A stretch of DNA of 64,000 nucleotides from Lepidodermella squamata (Eukaryota > Animalia > Gastrotricha), in contig JBLDXI010000028.1 of assembly GCA_047495785.1 (NCBI GenBank), forward strand, positions 248,001 to 312,000, read 5' to 3'. The position numbers were made by a program, and so were the translations under genes. Numbering within the stretch: the stretch's first letter is position 1; the number at the start of each line of letters is the position of its first letter. The notes under the pieces are model-generated. The model had not been told where the DNA came from and did not search any database. It worked only from the letters and a program-made list of their open reading frames with translations. Positions 48,601 to 61,149 of this stretch are shown here, in pieces.

Positions 48601-51600
48601 GGTACTTGTGGGGATATGGAACTGATAGGAATAATTTGTTACACAAATAAATAATTTGGTAATGAATTCACTATATCCCATGAAGAAACTTCGTCTTTCG
48701 AAATCGCTTTATTGACTACGGACTGACGCTCATTAGAAGAAGTTCGAATTTGTATCTGACTTGCTTGGAAATTTCACTAGGAAAAAATTTTTTTTTGGAG
48801 TTCTGCATTTTTAACGAGTTTGCTTTTCATTTTACGTGAATAATATGCTATTTTTCGTCATTTTAAATTTTAAATTCGACAATACACCCCCAAATTTTTT
48901 TCTCGGAATGCAAAATAGTAAATGCAACAAGATGTAATCCTCGAAATTGAACATTTAAATTTGATCTTATTCTTATAATCTCCAGGTATTTCACGCGAGC
49001 GACGCGCTGCCTTTCAAGCCGTTCCAGTTCATCGACGAAACCGAGACGTTGGACGACCTCGAGACGCAAATGACGCGCCTCGGCACAGAAATGGCCCTGG
49101 CGTTGCGGCAAGTAGCCGTCGCGTCGGAGAACGAGGCGAAATCGCAGGCCGTGTACGACGTGCTGGGCAAGTACCAGGCGGCGCTGGACGCGGACGACGC
49201 CGGGCAGGAGTCGACGGCCGAACTCATCTCGACGCTGCCGCTGTGCCTGCTGAGCGCGCTCCGGCCCTCCCTCCTCACGCCGCCCCTCGACTCGGTCACC
49301 CCCACCCCGGCCAAGCTGGACGAGGCGATGAAGGCGCCGCACCACGTCGTGTTCCGGGCGATCGTGTCGTCGTCGAGCCTCGACGAGGACGACCCCACCC
49401 GCTCGTCGCTCGTCGCCCTCGTCGCGAACATGGCGGCGAAGCAGGGCCGCGTGCTCGGCCACTTCCTGTTCTTCATGTCGCAGGCGGAGCGGCTGCCGCA
49501 GGCGTCGCAGGCGCAGTTCGCGCAGCTGGTCCGCGAGCTGACGGAGGCGGCGCCCTCGCCCAAGCCCAGCCTCGAGCAGTACCTCGTCGGCGCGCTCGAG
49601 TTCTGCCAGCAAACGGACGCGACGCTGTTCGTGTTCCTGCTGCCGTTCCTCTACGCCACGTTCCGCCACCAGCTGTTCGACGCCGAGTCGCCGGTGCTGA
49701 CGCGCATCCTGCGGCTGACGTGCCAGGCGGCCGACGCCAGCCACATGGCCTATCTCACTACTCAGGTTTGTCGGATTTTTTCTAATCAAAATTCGACTAG
49801 TTTATATCGGGTCGCTCTGTTTATTGATGGATTTGAGACTCTATCCCAGTGTGGTCATTTGGACTCTTTTGAGCATTTGTTTACTCATGGCTGACTCCGG
49901 TACTAAGCCTACTGTGACTCCGAAACAAGTCACAAACTTAGCCAAAACTGACCCCGGGTCTGACTGTGACTCCAAAACGAACTGTCTTTGATTCCACACG
50001 GCTTTTTTATCTTGGTCCTGATATATCCCTGGTCCAAAAAATCGGAGAAATATCGTTGGCTGAAGCTCGCAGCTCGCAGGTGGCTATTCTTCGTGTTGCT
50101 AAAATTACGAATTTTGTTAAAAACCAGTCAAAAGCCGCGAAAAGTTGTAACGACCGGCGAAGATAGACGGCAATTTACGCGCAAGAATCGGAATCGGAGT
50201 GATTAGCTCGTTTCCGGCAACTCAACTCTTGCCTCATTTTCGACTCCGGTTTGTGACTCGCCACAACAACACTGCTCTATGCGGTCGTAACTCGGCTCTC
50301 AGCCATCGGAATATTGCAAACTTAATTGTACATATTCTATGATATAAATTTATTAATAATAGTTTTTCGAAATTTATATATCAAGGACACTGAATCATGT
50401 TGTCCGCTATTTACCCATAGTTGGATAAGCTGGCGCGTGTGATTTCGATTGGATTTCGCCCTTTAAAGTTAAAGACTCCTGTTAAATGTCCGAGTTGCCT
50501 ATCTACGTAGTCTACAATGTCATTTTATGTTCAAACGGATAAGTTATTCTTCCCTAGTAATTCCCTAGTTCGGCGGCAGAACACTTATGGTCGCTATATT
50601 CGAGATTTTTGGGTATGACCACCACGGTATTCCGAGTAACAAACACTGGCCGTGTTCATTGTATTACGGGGCACAGTCATCCTGATATCAGTACAGCCAA
50701 CCGCCATTGTATACAATTGTTAGTGAGCGAAGTTCTGAAACAGGCCGGTTGTATAGCTTTACAATCATCAGGAGATCATGGAATTTCGGAAAAAAGGCCC
50801 AAGTATTCGCATGATGGGACGAAATTCTCTCGAGCATGTAATTTTGCTCACAGAGAGAACAATTAGAGACAATTTCACCTTAGTTGAGTAAGATGAAGCA
50901 GCGGTCGTCAAATGCCTCTTTGCGATGTCGATTGCAGAGGGAGGAGCGAAGGGTCGCGACACTGACCAATCGATACCGCCATCAGGTTTTCTAACAGCAT
51001 AAGATGGCGGGTCCGCCGCAGGTGGAACGTTTTCTTTAGCAAGTAGCTTGCGACTTTCCGGATTCGCTCTTTCTTTCTAACGCACTTACCCTTGCCAGAA
51101 TTGATAGATAGGGTTGCCGACAACTCGCCCATTTCAGTTTTGAAATGCCGTTTACAAAATTTAATTGAAACTTTGTTCAAAGCTTGTTCGTTAGGACGTC
51201 TAGTAAAAATGACCATAACACAGCAAATAGTAGATGGTAGAACAACCTTACCCAGATAGTCTCAACCATTCACGCCTCAATTTGGGATGTTGAGGCAGCG
51301 TCTTTAACATTGCAACCAGCACACCAACATAAAGGCATCCAAGGCATGCAAGATCTCAGACATTGCAAATGTATTTACGTTGGAATATCTTAGAAGGAGT
51401 TGATTTTCGATTCGCTTCGTGTTCCGAATTTTTCGCCCGCTTTGATTTACGAAATCAAATGAAAATGTTTTATTTAATGTCCTCCGCGGTTTGTAAGCCT
51501 TCACCCTTGCGGGTTTAGGGGACTACGGCGACGAGAGATCAGCTTCAGTGTCAGACAACCTGCTTTTATTTTATTACCAAACAATAATTCATATCAAATA

Positions 51601-52791
51601 TTTTAGAGCGCTCAAGGCTAACAAAGATACGACCGCTTTTCCTGCATCTTGTTTTTTTCTAAATTATTCATCTTTAAATTTGATTCTTTAAATCAATCAA
51701 AATCAAAATGCTAATTTTTGAGCATTCTTCAAATTATGCTGTGAGCGACTTATAAAAGCCTTGGTAGCTTGGATTTGTCCATTATTATAATCATATCATA
51801 TATCATATCTTCATATCTTATCATTTTTTCTGTATTCTTTTAGATTTTGCTCAAACACGTGGTGTTTTTCACGGAAGCGAATGCGTCGTCGCTGCTAGGC
51901 GCCTCGCTGCAGTGGGAGACACTCGAGCAGGTGTTCGCGTGGCAGCTCTTCTTCGCGCACTCGAACATCGCCGCCACGCGCCTGCTCGGCCTAGTCACTA
52001 AGCTGAAACTGGACAAGCACCACGAGGCCCTCGTGTCGCTGTGCAACCGCCTCGCCCAGCTCCCGCCCAGCCACGACGTCGTGCTAGCCGTGCTGTCGCG
52101 GGCAGCCGCTCCGGCTGAATTCGCCGCCCCGGCCCTGCTCAAATCGTGGGCCGACTCGAGCCCGTCTCAGCTCGTCGAGTCGCTGAACCAGCTGCTCGGA
52201 GGCCCGGGCCAAAATGTGATAACCCGAACGAACCGGGGCGGCAAATTGCAGTCGACAAACAGCGGCAATAGCAGATCGGCTGGGCTGAGCAAGGAGCAGC
52301 TACTCGCGCACCTCGAGCGGTTCAGGGACGTTGTGCAGGACGCGAAATTTCTGCTGCTGCCGCCGGTGCAGCGGCTGCTGTCGACGCTGCACGCGCAGGC
52401 GAGCGAAGCACTGAAAAGCCGATACTCCGATTTGTTCGCGCTCATCGACGACAAAATCGTGGCGGCGTCGGACCGCGAGAACTCGAACGAGTCGTCCGCC
52501 TCCTCCGCCTCCTCCTCGTCCAGCCCCGTCGTCATAGCAATGTCGAATAGCAATAACAACAACCAGTCTCCCCTTTCGGCGGTGTCCTTGCTCGACGGCC
52601 TCGACGGCGTGCCGAGGTTGAGCAACTCGAGCAACCCGGCAGCCGCCGTGCCTGGCCCAGCCGCCTCGAAGCTGCGGCGCGTGCAGAAGCGGTCGCCGTC
52701 GCAGCAGACGGGCGGGCTCGGCCAGGCGGGTGGTCCGCCGGTGCCGCAGCCGGGCAAAATGGCCAAGTTTTCGGCGTCGGATTTCGCCTGA
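42651..52791 (+). CDS. INTS3: Integrator complex subunit 3 / SOSS-A (~1107 aa)
   Basis: Exons 42651-42824, 43504-44226, 47427-48125, 48986-49765, 51844-52791. Motifs IGRDLVRLL, TSRRFL..RITPDLE, RCELIRYICGLIHPS, LAKLALYFDWL, SLQWETLEQVFAWQL. Confidence 0.95.
45063..45200 (+). repeat. Dispersed repeat, second copy at ~59876-60010
   Basis: Shared TCTAACGAG.ATTTCAGG, ACTAGATCTATCGA, TTCAAAAAATTCCTCATGGTT and CCGTACTTTAT. Confidence 0.75.
45285..45910 (-). pseudogene. Two tandem degenerate RING/PHD-like ORF relics antisense within INTS3 intron 2
   Basis: MSCHICAE...CTMLCCGN...FLRFLEFP and MGSCVVCLEE..VRC/(frameshift)NQQFHRHCAETWL...FLRRVGFP; an in-frame stop occurs downstream. Confidence 0.45.
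49847..50274. mobile_element. hAT-type MITE
   Basis: CAGTGT..ACACTG termini, 8-bp TSD CTCTATCC/CTCTATGC (7 of 8 match), and subterminal GACTC motifs. Confidence 0.75.
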
Positions 52792-53673
52792 TGTTGATAG
52801 TTTCCCTCTTTCTCTCGCTGCTTTCGACTGGTGGTTATATATACATATAGTATCAATAATGAAAAACGGCTGGATTTTTTTTAAAGTTGACAAAGTGATG
52901 AAAGATCGTGCTTCTGATACACAAAAAAAACAATAATGAATAAACTTTGAATAAAATACATGTTCTTTTTTGTTCAATTATTAACATGGCGATCTTACAT
53001 CATACAACATAAAACAAGCATGGAGTAATACTGTGAAGTGGGCTTGTAAAAAAGAGAATAGCCTATGGTTGTGGAGTACCGTTCGATAACCTGAGCATAC
53101 CCAGTGACTTTAAGGATGTCGCGAATCGATAGCAAGCTGTTTTGCAACTCGGCGTCACTTTTGCGAATTTGCATAAGTGCAAGATAGGGAAAAAATAAAT
53201 GGCATCAAATGGACTTCATTATACGAAAAAAGTTATGAATTTTGAACCACGCCGCTGCGTTAACCGCGTTAACGGTTGGACGAGTTGCGTTCATGAGACC
53301 GTGAAATTTACCTATATCAGGCTCGTAAGATTTGTTCATCGAAATCCGCTTGGGAACAATTTGACCGATTCGGCGAACTTTTCGTGTTCTACAAGTTCTT
53401 CGACTGCAATACATTAAATTCATGAACCACAAACTGTGCCAAATTGACTGTCAATGGCGCGGACTGGCACTGCTTCCCAGTCTGGCTCGGGCATGCCAGG
53501 CTTGTTTTTACAATTGGCGATGGCGATAAAACCGGCCACAAACAAACTTATCACATTTTCTCGAGAGGGAAACTCCCGGGTTATAATAAATAACAAAAGG
53601 AAAGGACTTATCGCCTCCATTTTCTCTTGCTCTTTGAGCCCGCTTCGCTGATTATTTCCAGTCTTTTTAATTA

Positions 53674-54846
53674 ATGCAAGAACACGGCGGAATCACTTCA
53701 TATCCACTGCCGATGGATGTTAAACTAGCATTGAACGTGCTCGGATATCGCGAACTCAACCCACCCCGACGACTGGGTTCAGGTTGCTTCGGAGATGTCT
53801 TCCTGGTTGAAAAAGACAACGCTCTTTACGCTGCAAAACAAGTCGTCGAATCCAAAGTGATAGCGATAACCAGCAGGGGCAGACCATGGGAGCGCGAGGA
53901 GATGGGTGAAAAGCTATGGGCAGCAGCTCAGCTAGAGGTACGAATCTCCGCATCTCAACAAATAATTAAATAACAAATAATATGGTGCTTTTCTTGCAGG
54001 CTGAAATGATGAGGATCGCAAAGTGCGGCAACGTTGTTGCTGTGATTGACAACATCGTCACAGGTTCGAAGTACGTTATCGTCAACATGATTTAAAGTCG
54101 TCTAATTTAACAGAAAATCCGAGCACTCAGTTCATTGTGATGGAATACTGCAATTGCGGCTCGTTGCGCGAAGCAATCGAAGCTGCCAGGATGAATCATA
54201 AACACTTTCGCAAGCGGACTCTCCGTTCATGGTCAAAGCAAATGGTTAATGGGCTCAAGTTCATTCATAGCCGCGATCTTGTGCATCGCGACATTAAGGC
54301 AGGTGTAAGTCGCAATTGCCAGCTGCGTTATCTCATCATGTATTTTAACTCTTCAGAATATTCTGCTCACCAATAATCGACGTACCGTAAAATTTGGCGA
54401 CTTTGGATTAGCGAAACGGGAAGATGAGTAATCTTTTCAGAATCTAGTGATGGCTTTTTCCCATAACGTCATCATCTCTTCAGGGTGTCAGATACGCCAG
54501 ATAAATATCGTCTGCATTTCCTCGTATTCATACTTAAATACGCACCTGAGTTCCGAAATGGGCAAAGATACACGAAAAAATGTGACAACTGGTCACTCGG
54601 TGTTTTAATCTATGAATTGGCAACTTTCGATGAGATGAGGGTATAGTCACTTTCGACGTGAAGTCACGTGTAAACAATGTAAATAAGAGTACTTATTTCT
54701 ATTTATAGAACATAAGGCAAAGCAAGCCCTCCGATTGGGGTTACAGCACCAAACTGGATGATCTAATCGATAACCTTCTCAGAGAGTTGCCTGACGAGCG
54801 ATTCACTATGAAACAGGCTGCCGAGCATCCCTACTTCAACTCATAA
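53674..54846 (+). CDS. NEK-like Ser/Thr kinase, kinase-only paralogue of the 12483-18981 gene (~294 aa)
   Basis: Exons 53674-53937, 54000-54063, 54114-54304, 54357-54427, 54484-54640, 54709-54846 (885 nt). Motifs GSGCFG, YAAK, HRDIKAGN, DFG, APE. Shares EKLW..AQ.EAE.M and GYS..LDDLI..LL with the fusion kinase. Confidence 0.88.
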
Positions 54847-55963
54847 TGTTTGCGTTGCTATAGCTTTAGCCTAAATTATAACTCGATCATGAAAATCAAA
54901 CGTCAAAATCGGAAACCAAATGGGTCGCCTGACCGAAGAAATAACTTGCTTGTATCATAGTGAAAAATAAATGAAATTGAAAAATCTCAAATTATAGCGT
55001 CATACGGCAATTCAATGTTCTTTAGGGCCTATATGTATTTGCTCGAAAAATGACATTATTTGGCAACGCGCAAAAAATTAATAAAAATGCTATATCGACG
55101 CGAATATTTTTAGCGGAACCAAATCTGCCCAATTGTTGAACTATAAAGTTGACAGCAGCGGAACCAAATCTCAAAATATGGCATCCATTATTCGCAAAAT
55201 AGGACTTTTGAAATCTGCCAAGTCGAATTATTTTCCGAATAAATTTTCAAGATAGCGCTCATATAAGTTGGGACTGATTTTGTGGTTCTCTGATGGAATG
55301 AGCAGATGTTCTTTTTCTCAAAAGGAATCGTTATTTAGCTGACTAAAATTAATTTCGATATGTATAAAATTGGAAGTGAAATTCTGTCATCTGATAATAA
55401 ATTACTGTTGCTCTTTGAATTTTACCCTGCCTAATGTTTCATTTTAATATAACTATTCTGCGAATATTAAAGCAAGAAATTGGCGCCAACAAAATCAGCG
55501 AAATAAAAATTTGTCGCGTGCCTTATTTATAGCTACTGATCAGGGCTAAAAGCAATAAAATTCATTCATTACTATCATTGCCATAGAAGTGGAATTCGAA
55601 GAAGACGCAAAAAATAACAACCATCATTCACGTGAACAAGTGAATGCTAAAAATAGATGAACGGCAAACGCCAGTTGTGCCGTGGCAAATTGCTGATGGA
55701 AAAGGTGTAATTAATAAAATCAAGGTATGTAATTCAAAAATTTCCTGGTCTATTCTCAAAGTTGTAATGGATCGATGTTAACGCCAGGAAATGTCTGCGA
55801 ACATTTCCACGCGGTAATCTAACGGCTGGGAAAATGCGTAAAAAAACGCGTGTAAATTCCTCGAGTATTTGAACACTTATTCAGCAATTTTCCAGCTTGA
55901 GTCAAATAATTCCTGAAAATGCACTTCGAAGAGTTAACAACCGATAATAAATCAAGCGTTTAA

Positions 55964-58900
55964 CACTTTAACTGCCCAAATAAGGGGTCCGAGCTCCAGG
56001 ATTTAGATCCAAATATTGGATCCAGATTTTGGATCCAGATTCCAGCTCTAAGAATTAGATCTAAATATCAGATCCAGATTCTGGATCCAGAAGCTGGCTC
56101 TGAGAGCTGGCTCCGGTTTCTGGACCTTGCTCTATTTCACCTGTTTTCGATTGGCATTGAAGTCCAAATTCATCATTAAGTGATGGCACTGCGTTTTATT
56201 GCATAGCTATATCAAGTTCTCGAGTTAATTATGCGCTCATGTGGCGAACGAAACATAAGTCTTAGATCTGTCATAATCACTCAAATTCTGTTGCACAATA
56301 GAGCTAGAAATTTTCCAAAAAATAGAAAGCAGAAGCAATTCAGCAGAGAATCCATCGGGCTATCGAACGGTGTCTCAGGTGTCCCCCAGCAATTTTTTCT
56401 TTATTTTTACGGATTTTCTTGCCTCATCGCCTGATCATACTCCGTATGGTACGAGATGTAAGCTATTGATTTTCTCAAAGATGTAAGCTATTGATTACTT
56501 TTGATGTTCCTGAAAGTTTCGACCGGTCAGTAAATTATGTTGGATGTCGCAGTAATGAAAGATAGTTACAAATACTTACTTACTTTTGATGGATATTCAG
56601 TACTAAAATCCACTGTTTAACCGTGGGCAGTAAGTATGCGCTCGCGCATGCGTTATACTGTAACGAGCATCGAGAACTGTTTTAATCTACCGGTTTTTTT
56701 ACTAGTAGGACCACTTTATGTTTACAACGACTCGGTTTTTTTGGGAATCCTGCCAACATTTTAATATCCCTGGAGCTTTGATATCCCTTTATAGCAGATA
56801 GCAGCACTTTGTGAGCAAACTAATGAAAGGTATCATCAACAGCTATTTACTAAATAATTCGCTCGAAATTGTAATTTGAAGTTATGGCTCGGAAGTTACT
56901 GTCAATGAGCGTAATTCATTCGTCAAAACTTCAAATTTACGAGGATTACAGGCGATCAATTATTTCAACTTATAGCCATAAGCCATAACTCACTTCTACT
57001 ACGAATCCTTGATTATTATATTTGGCGAAAACTTCAAGAAAAAATTCTTCAAAAGAGGTTTTTTATATCACCAGACTCATCTCATTGGGAGGATTCGTTC
57101 GTCAAATTCGAGCCGAAATTCAATTCAATTGTGCACGAAATATTTAGTAAATTGCTGGAAATCGAGTGATTGCCCCACGACTTTTAGTGTCACGGTATAA
57201 TTGACGTGATTTCCATTTTTCATTTGAGCCCATTCGAAATAGACCAGAGACGCCTTCACAGTCAAAATTCCGCTGTAATGCTAATCCATCTATTATGTAC
57301 CTTAAAATAGTAGGTGAAGTAAGAGTTTGAATCCATGTTTGAATTTGAAATGTTTGTATATCAAATGAAATAACAACTGTATTGCCAAGTCAACAACTGT
57401 TAGTCCAAGCGCTAATTGCTAATTTGAACTGTGGAAAGAGAGGCAGCCCGTATATGATCCTTTTAACCGTCTTCCAACTCTCGTCATGTGTAAAATCTTT
57501 TTATAAAGTTATTAAAGTTACACATCATAAATTAGTAAAACTTAATTATTCTCTTAGTCCTAGCAGAATTAAACCGCGACTTAGAAGCCCATTGTAGTAC
57601 TTTCGCAATCGCAGAGGTCAGACCCTCAGCGATGAATAGCTTGGCTATCACGAACCAACAAACCAAAACCTTCTTCTACCACGTAGAGAATCGGGATGCC
57701 GATTGGATCGCTCCTCTGCAAGATCCTTGTGTTAATTCAAGTCAAAGTATCTTTTTTGAGACGAATAATTTCATCTGAAATTCAGTACTGGGAATCGATT
57801 CACCTGAATTATATTATTATACTGCCAATACTGCATGTTTTATGTGAAGTTAAAAGTCCAAAGTCTAAAATCATCGAAAAGTGGGCCTCTTCTATTCCTA
57901 TTGGAACGAGCATATTATAAACCAGAATGTCGAAAATCATCATTACATTTCAAGCTGAAAATACTCTATTTTCCTGAAAATCAAGTCAGCGATTGCTATC
58001 CTTAGTGCAACCGCTGAATCCTCACTATCAATATTGGGTGGACTAAAAAATTGTTGAAGCCCGCGACGGAGTAGATTTTCCAGCATCTCAGTTTGAAAAG
58101 AAAGAAAATTCCGAATTTCCCGCGGATTCCATTCGAGCTGGTCAAGCATCGTTTTTTCGAATATTTTTCCACTTTTGAAGAAATAAAATGCTAAGATTCT
58201 GGACAATCTACCCATCCGCGTGCTTTAGCAATCTTTACTGCTTTTTTGGTCTGGGTCTGATCGGTTTCGGTAGACGGTATATCGAACCTGGGGATACCAA
58301 CTAATTTCACTTCTGTTTGAATTCAGGTATTTGGCTAAGCTCGATTCTTTATCAGTCTAATGCGTTATCAGTGCTTTATCAGTCTAATCTAAATCAGCCA
58401 TTCTGATTTTCGGAAGAAATTAGGCATTTGTCGGAAAGAATACTCCAGGTCATATTGAATAAAATTACGCATCGATAACAATTGGCATAGGTATGTTCTG
58501 GCTTTCTGTTCTCGCCCTACTGACCTACTTACCGCAGCATCATAGTTCAAGCTGTCGAGGGAACCTTTCGTGTGAGGTGGGATACTCTGATCATCCCTGA
58601 GCTTCTAATCCATCACAATTGATTAATAAGACTATTAAATCGGGTTACAAACGGCTAAATGTTATGTCACAGATACGCTCATAAATTTTCATATAGTCCA
58701 CCCTTAAAAGCAAGACCCTTGTCACTTAAAATGTCTTCAGTTCACTTTGTGATTTGTATTACAGCTAATAGATTAAATAAATGTTGAGCTAAAAAGTGTG
58801 ATAATTCGGGCTATCTCTGGCTATATACAGGGACCGGCAGAAGTTATTCTACAGACGCATTACTTATTATCATTATTGTCATCATTAGGAGTCATGTGAC

Positions 58901-59235
58901 CGTCAATTTCTTCAACTTCTTCAATTTCGTAGAGAGCAAATAGACTAGTTTCTTCCTCTCCTGTCGACGGCCTGGTGTCAAAGTGTCACTGGGGGCTTGT
59001 TGGTAATCCTCATTTTCCTACAAGGATATAGAGCCGCATTGAAAATGCGTTAAAATACAGTGAAAATAACAACAGCTCCAAAAAGTGGATCTAATTCTTG
59101 GATCCAAAATCTGGATCCAGAATGTGGGTCTGACATTTAGATCCAATTCTTAGAGCCAGAATCTGGGTCTAAAATCTGGATCCAATATTTGGATCTAAAT
59201 GTCGTTTTTTGACCCTTATTTGGGCAGTTAAAGTG
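55964..59235. mobile_element. piggyBac-type non-autonomous element (3.27 kb)
   Basis: TTAA-CACTTTAACTGCCCAAATAAGGG...CCCTTATTTGGGCAGTTAAAGTG-TTAA, with inverted subterminal arrays of a 12-bp GGATCCAGATTT-like unit. No transposase recognised. Confidence 0.88.
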
Positions 59236-60114
59236 TTAAAACATCCGACAGTAGTTACTTGTTAGTTAGTTAGTAGTTGTTACTTGAAACCAAGTTCCAC
59301 TGCAACACTTAGCGAATGAGGGAACGTCAAGAAGGATTCGGCGACCTTTGATAGCATCAATCAATTCTGAAGTCGAGATTGATTCGCAAAAGGTTCATTT
59401 GATTTGGGAATATTCTTGAACTCGAAAAACCGTCAGGCTTCCGAACATAACTGATTCCTTTTCTACGTCAAAGGAGGCCGTTTTGAAGTCCCGATTCTGC
59501 CAACTCGTGGGTTGCATAGAAAGTGCCAAGTTATTGAATGGATTAGAGCCACGTAAAGAACTGAGTTGTCAGGTCCCTGGGGTTGGCGTTTGGGCAGAGA
59601 TTATCGACAAAGATTGAATTTAGGCAAGTTTCATGTCGGTATTTTAGGTCTTATTTTAGGCTGCCGAATGAAATATAGGTTTTTCTGGAATGCCGAGGCT
59701 GCGGGCTGCGTTTATCGTTATTGACCTAATTCCCTGCTAAAAAAAATTGCCCTATAAAAAGCCTTTCCAAAAGGATGGCGCCATATCAACACCCAAAACG
59801 CGGATAATTCTGTTTTTCAAAAATCGGAATTTTTCGCAAAAATCATTTTCGCCACAATTTTTCCGCTCGAATACGAGTCTAACGAGAATTTCAGGTAAGT
59901 TAACCGCACACTAGATCTATCGAAAGGTGAAAACCGTTTCAAAAAATTCCTCATGGTTACATGGTTATTGAAATATTGCTCGGCGAACAAAAAATATGTC
60001 CGTACTTTATCAGTTACTGTCATCACTGTCACATATTCACAGGTCGCTGTCTCACACGCGCTTTTTTAGCAGTACATCGAAGCTCGCGCTGTAACATGGG
60101 AACGATTGTTACGG

Positions 60115-60122
60115 TATAAAAG
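60115..60122 (+). promoter_or_regulatory. TATA box of the secreted Cys-rich gene
   Basis: TATAAAAG ~110 bp upstream of ATG 60227. Confidence 0.5.
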
Positions 60123-60226
60123 TTCGCGCGATTGAACTATCAGCAATCGAGCTTAAAAGCAGACATTTTCACCTCATAAACACAAACTGGTTCTCAGCTT
60201 TAATTATATCTCATTTGACAGAAAAA

Positions 60227-61036
60227 ATGTCGACCTCTTTGACGGTAATAATTGTAGCCCTATTAGCTGCATTGCAAGTGACTCTCGGAACACAGCCAGG
60301 TACATAAAATGCCAAATATGGAATTTTTTGCCTTGATAGGCTATTTCAATTTCAGCTGCGTCGAAAACCTTCGTCCGCTGCGTGACAACGGCCAACTCGC
60401 AGCTTCAAGGTTGCCGCGAATCTACCCCAGGCTGTTTGCCCGGCGAATTCCAACTCGGCTCCACTTTCTCGAGTTTGCGAAGGTGCAGAAGAGGGGTAAT
60501 AAATAAATTAATCGCATGATTTTTCGGCTAATTTGTGGTTTTGTTGCGAATCACAGGGAGCTCGCCGCTGCGTCAACCGCTACACCGGTGCGACGAGATG
60601 CATTGGTGAGCACAAGCATTGTACCCATGGCCCTGAGATTCCCGTAAGATTCGCGCGTCTTGTCTGTGAAAATCCGTCTACCTAGATTATTGTTTTCTGC
60701 AGTTCGGCAAACTGTTCGACTTCTACAAGTTCTTCGACCGCAACTACGTTGAATGCATCAACCACAACCCGGTCCAAGTTGGGTTTTTCTTTTACAAAAT
60801 GGCATCAATTTTCGAGCTTCGTTTTTTCAGGACCACGTTCGCTGTGTTAAGAAAAATAATCCAAAGGCCATCGAGTGCCGTAAAATTTCTCAACGCTGCA
60901 ACGCGGATGAGGTAATCAAAGTTAGAATTTTTCGGGTTGCGAATGTTCATCTTGTGCTGTTTTGTAGAATATGATCGGCCCCATTTTTTCAAGCGTCAAC
61001 AAGTGCTACGCCAACTTGCCCAGAATTCGCCTTTGA
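60227..61036 (+). CDS. Small secreted Cys-rich protein, unknown family (~155-157 aa)
   Basis: Exons 60227-60299, 60356-60482, 60557-60605, 60703-60771 (or 60777), 60831-60911, 60968-61036 splice in frame. Signal peptide MSTSLTVIIVALLAALQVTLG and 8 Cys. Confidence 0.75.
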
Positions 61037-61149
61037 AATTTCAAGTGAAAAATGACAAGATCGCTGCAAAAATGGTCGGAAGATGTTGAAAGAATCTATG
61101 AAGCCGATGACAATGATTATAATATTCTAGATTGTTAAGCCTTATTATA

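Noticed and set aside
50600-51510. Short ORFs in INTS3 intron 4
   Set aside because: No recognisable motifs; probably decayed mobile DNA.
43518-52977. Many long alternative-frame and antisense ORFs over INTS3 exons (also over BTBD, RNF126, CARS1 and NUP42)
   Set aside because: Shadows of GC-rich coding exons with few stop codons; no domain motifs.
53050-53620. Possible small minus-strand gene with a hydrophobic N-terminus
   Set aside because: I could not build a unique in-frame exon chain and recognise no motif.
55550-55815. Exon-like fragments either side of the piggyBac element (also ~59290-59550)
   Set aside because: No convincing start, frame continuity or homology.
55990-56120. Regularly repeated GGATCCAGA units resembling a CRISPR or satellite array
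   Set aside because: 12-bp tandem units without unique spacers, mirrored at 59085-59200; they are subterminal repeats of the piggyBac-type element in a eukaryotic genome.
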